A stretch of 64,000 nucleotides of DNA from Candidatus Eiseniibacteriota bacterium (GTDB lineage Bacteria; Eisenbacteria; RBG-16-71-46; CAIMUX01; VGJL01), in contig CAWBWI010000006.1 of NCBI GenBank assembly GCA_963792585.1, forward strand, positions 288,001-352,000, read 5' to 3'. Every line of letters begins with the position of its first letter. Positions within the stretch are counted from its first letter, which is position 1. The notes under the pieces are model-generated. The model made no database searches and was not told the DNA's origin. It saw nothing but the letters and a program-made list of their open reading frames with translations. Of this stretch, positions 61,396 to 64,000 are shown in pieces. A program made the position numbers and the translations under genes.

Positions 61396-62992
61396 CTACG
61401 GGCGCGTTTCTGCCCCCTCGCGAGACGATTCGACGCAACGCACGAACGCATCGACGAGCTCCGGATCGAACTGCTTGCCGGCCCGAGAGCGGATCAGATC
61501 GAGCGCCTCCTGGACCGAGAACTTTGCGCGATGCGGGCGTTCGTGGATCAATGCGTCGTAGGCGTTGGTGATCGCGAGGATCCTCGCGCCGAGGGGGATC
61601 CGCTCCCCCTTGAGGCCGTCGGGGACCCCTGAACCGTCCCAGTACTCCGCTTGGTGGCGGAGGGCTTCCGCGATGCCGTCGCGCGTTCCACCCGGCAGGA
61701 TGCGGCCTGCCGCCTCGCTCGCCTCGCGCTGGCGGAGCTTCCGCTCGGCCGGTGAGAGGATGACGGCGGTCCGCAGCAGCGATTCGTGCCGCTCGACCGC
61801 ACCGAGGTTGTGCATCAGGGCGGCGACCCCGAGCGCCTCGAGCTTCGCGCCGCCGATTTGCGAGACCTCGCCGAGGCGCAGGCTCCAATCGCGGACCCTC
61901 TCGGAGTGCCCGGCCAGCCAGGGATAGCGCGCCTCGAAGGCGCCCAGAAGCGACGTGATCGTATCGAGGAAGGCGGACTGGGTGCGGTCAAGCGACGCGG
62001 CGTTGGCCAATGAAGTCCCCACGCTCATGGCGAGCGCTTCCAGGAGCTTCAGATCGAAGCGATCGAGAGGTTGTCGGTCGGTTCTGTCGCCGACGCACAG
62101 GACCGCTCGCAGGTCTCCTTCCACGTGGACACCGATGCTCCAGAGCAGCCCGGCCGCCGAAAGGAGCCCCACCTCCCGCCCGCACTCCGGCCGGAGGGCC
62201 AGATCGTCCGTGGAATAGGCCAGCGCGCTTTCTGCGAGGATGCGGGCCGTCGCCGAGGCGGGATCGAACTCCAGCGCTCTCGGGTCATTGAGGTCGAAGA
62301 CCGCGATGGACCCACGGCCGCAGGCGATCTTCCTCGAGCACGAGCAGGGCGACCGCCTCGAAGTCGAGGATGCCGACGGCCGTCAACACGAAGCTGTTCA
62401 GGACCTCCGTGAGTGAACCGTGGCGGTTGAGCTCGTCGATCTTCTCGAGGATCGTGCCCAGTCGATTCAGGTGGCTCTGGAAGTCCGCGCGGGTCTCGCG
62501 CAGCTTGTCGCGATGGCGGCGCACCTCTTCTTCCAGGGCCTCCGCCTTCATGGCGAGCACGTCCCGGTCGCGGTTGCGCTCGAGGATCCGCTGCATCTTG
62601 AGCAACAGCTCCCGCGGCGAAAACGGCTTGGTCAGATAGTCGTCAGCTCCGGCGCGCAGGCCCTGGAGACGGCTCTCCGTCGCCGCGTTGCCCGAGATCA
62701 GGATGATCGGAAGGGTCTTGTGTTCCGGCTCCTTGCGGAGCGTTTCGCAGACATCGAAACCCGAGCGCCTGGGGATGCGGACGTCGAGAACCACGAAGTC
62801 GGGGTGCGAGGCGCGGACGGTCTCGAGAGCTTCTTCACCGTCGTGCGCGGTCAATACGCGATAGCCCCGGCCCCCCAGCGTGATCTGCAGCAGTTCGACG
62901 ACGCGCGCGTCGTCGTCGACGACGAGCACGGTCGGTGGGCGTTGCTCGGGCGTCGAACCGGTTTCGGGCTGCTGCGGCGTCACACGTTCCAT
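61396..62992 (-). CDS. Response regulator REC-coiled coil-GAF-HD-GYP (degenerate HD-GYP; indel near 62298)
   Basis: REC VLVVDDD, VLDVRIP and DYLTKPF; frame switch to FDLNDPRALEFD...; GHSERV, ALMHNLG and EYWDGSGVPDGLKGERIPLGARIL. Confidence 0.82.
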
Positions 62993-63025
62993 CGCGGTCC
63001 TGCCCTCCTTGTCGATGTCGAAACG

Positions 63026-64000
63026 TCAGTGGCTCCGATTGCCGCGCTTCTCCGTCAGGATCGCGTCGAGTTCCGATTCCGAGAACGGGAACATCAGGGC
63101 CGGCCCCTCCCGCCCCGGGAAACCCGAGATTCGAGATCCGACGCGGATCACGGGGACATCCCGCTCCGTCACGCGCCGCAGGAGCATTCCTTCCGTCGCC
63201 TCGGATTCGCCGTTTCCATGCGCCTCGAGAAAGAGCAGGTCCCAGCGGCCGAGATCGAGCGAGACGGTCGCGGCCTCGAGACCGGCGGCCTCGCCGACCT
63301 GCCAGCCCCGCCCGCGCAGGTGCCTGCAGATCGCGACCCGCGCCGGGAGGTAACGTACGGCGACCAGGGCGCGCAACGGTCCGTGGCGATCCCGTTCGTC
63401 CGCCGCCTTCTGATCCTCGAGGCTCCCCCCGTTCGCGCCGTTCGGGATGACACTCGCCGCGAACGTGCGCAGCATGGGCACCTTGAGTACCTGGATCCGC
63501 GCGCCGCGTTCCTGCTGGATCGCAGCGCCGAGCGGCCCGACGCCGAGCATCCGCTCGCAGGCGACCGCGGCCCGCTCGCCGTCCTGCTCGAGTACCACGA
63601 AGTACTTCTCTTCTTTCGAGACGCCGTGGAGCAGCAGCCCCAGGCTGACCAGCTCGACGGCGCCGCGCTCGGTCCCCACCGTCTCGGGGATGACGGGCGA
63701 TCCGATCGAGCCGATCTGGATGACATGGTCCCAGAGGACTCCGACTCTCGCATCTTCCGACTCGAGGATCAGAACGGGAGCTTCCGCGTTCACGCTCTCG
63801 TCGAGATCGTCCGGTCCATCGGACGACGCTTCGCGGTCCGCCTCCGCCTCGATCGGAATCGCCGCCTCCTTCGCAGGCGACCGCTTGCCGTTGCCCTCCA
63901 CCCCTTCTTCCTCCTCGAGCAGCACGGCGCGCTCGTCGGGGCTGAGGGGCTCCTCAGGCGTGGACTCGGCGACGGCATCGACGGCCATCACCGGCTCGTC
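63026..64000 (-). CDS. Chemosensory-type protein (acidic linker, CheW-like and degenerate REC-like segments), 5' end outside window
   Basis: LVSLGLLL...YFVVLEQDGERAAVACERMLG (CheW-like); LRGRGWQV.EA...WDLLFLE...LMFPFSESEL (REC-like); frame appears open to the window edge. Confidence 0.5.
   Translation of the reverse strand, partial: DEPVMAVDAVAESTPEEPLSPDERAVLLEEEEGVEGNGKRSPAKEAAIPIEAEADREASSDGPDDLDESVNAEAPVLILESEDARVGVLWDHVIQIGSIGSPVIPETVGTERGAVELVSLGLLLHGVSKEEKYFVVLEQDGERAAVACERMLGVGPLGAAIQQERGARIQVLKVPMLRTFAASVIPNGANGGSLEDQKAADERDRHGPLRALVAVRYLPARVAICRHLRGRGWQVGEAAGLEAATVSLDLGRWDLLFLEAHGNGESEATEGMLLRRVTERDVPVIRVGSRISGFPGREGPALMFPFSESELDAILTEKRGNRSH

Overview
High-GC bacterial chromosomal segment with about 50 genes. 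Two secreted proteins carry FlgD/T9SS-like C-terminal domains, which suggests an FCB-associated candidate lineage such as Eisenbacteria or Latescibacterota (inference only). Recognisable content: ABC transporters, including an ABC-2 permease/M1 peptidase fusion; ampG; an ADP-ribosylglycohydrolase; infA; a DUF3857/transglutaminase pair; an S1-domain protein; two YfiR paralogs; moeB; DUF47-pit; a complete Rrf2-sufC-B-D-ferredoxin-S-U-T operon; an orphan DNA methyltransferase; an HNH nuclease; an FHA-GAF-PP2C phosphatase; a transketolase; Omp28-like and S8 secreted proteins; hisS; a cytochrome bd-like pair with a fused cytochrome c; and a degenerate HD-GYP regulator. Many genes between ~21 and 29.6 kb, plus four isolated genes, are broken by single indels that look like sequencing-consensus errors. 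Best novelty candidates: (1) a four-gene DUF6754 membrane operon (31139-34601) that looks like a pseudo-symmetric, inverted-topology membrane complex; (2) an unannotated ~130-nt structured RNA gene with its own promoter and terminator (29765-29928); (3) a complete 1372-bp IS1/IS1595-like element with terminal inverted repeats, a 9-bp target duplication and a non-canonical third catalytic motif (47685-49056). No rRNA, tRNA or CRISPR array was seen.
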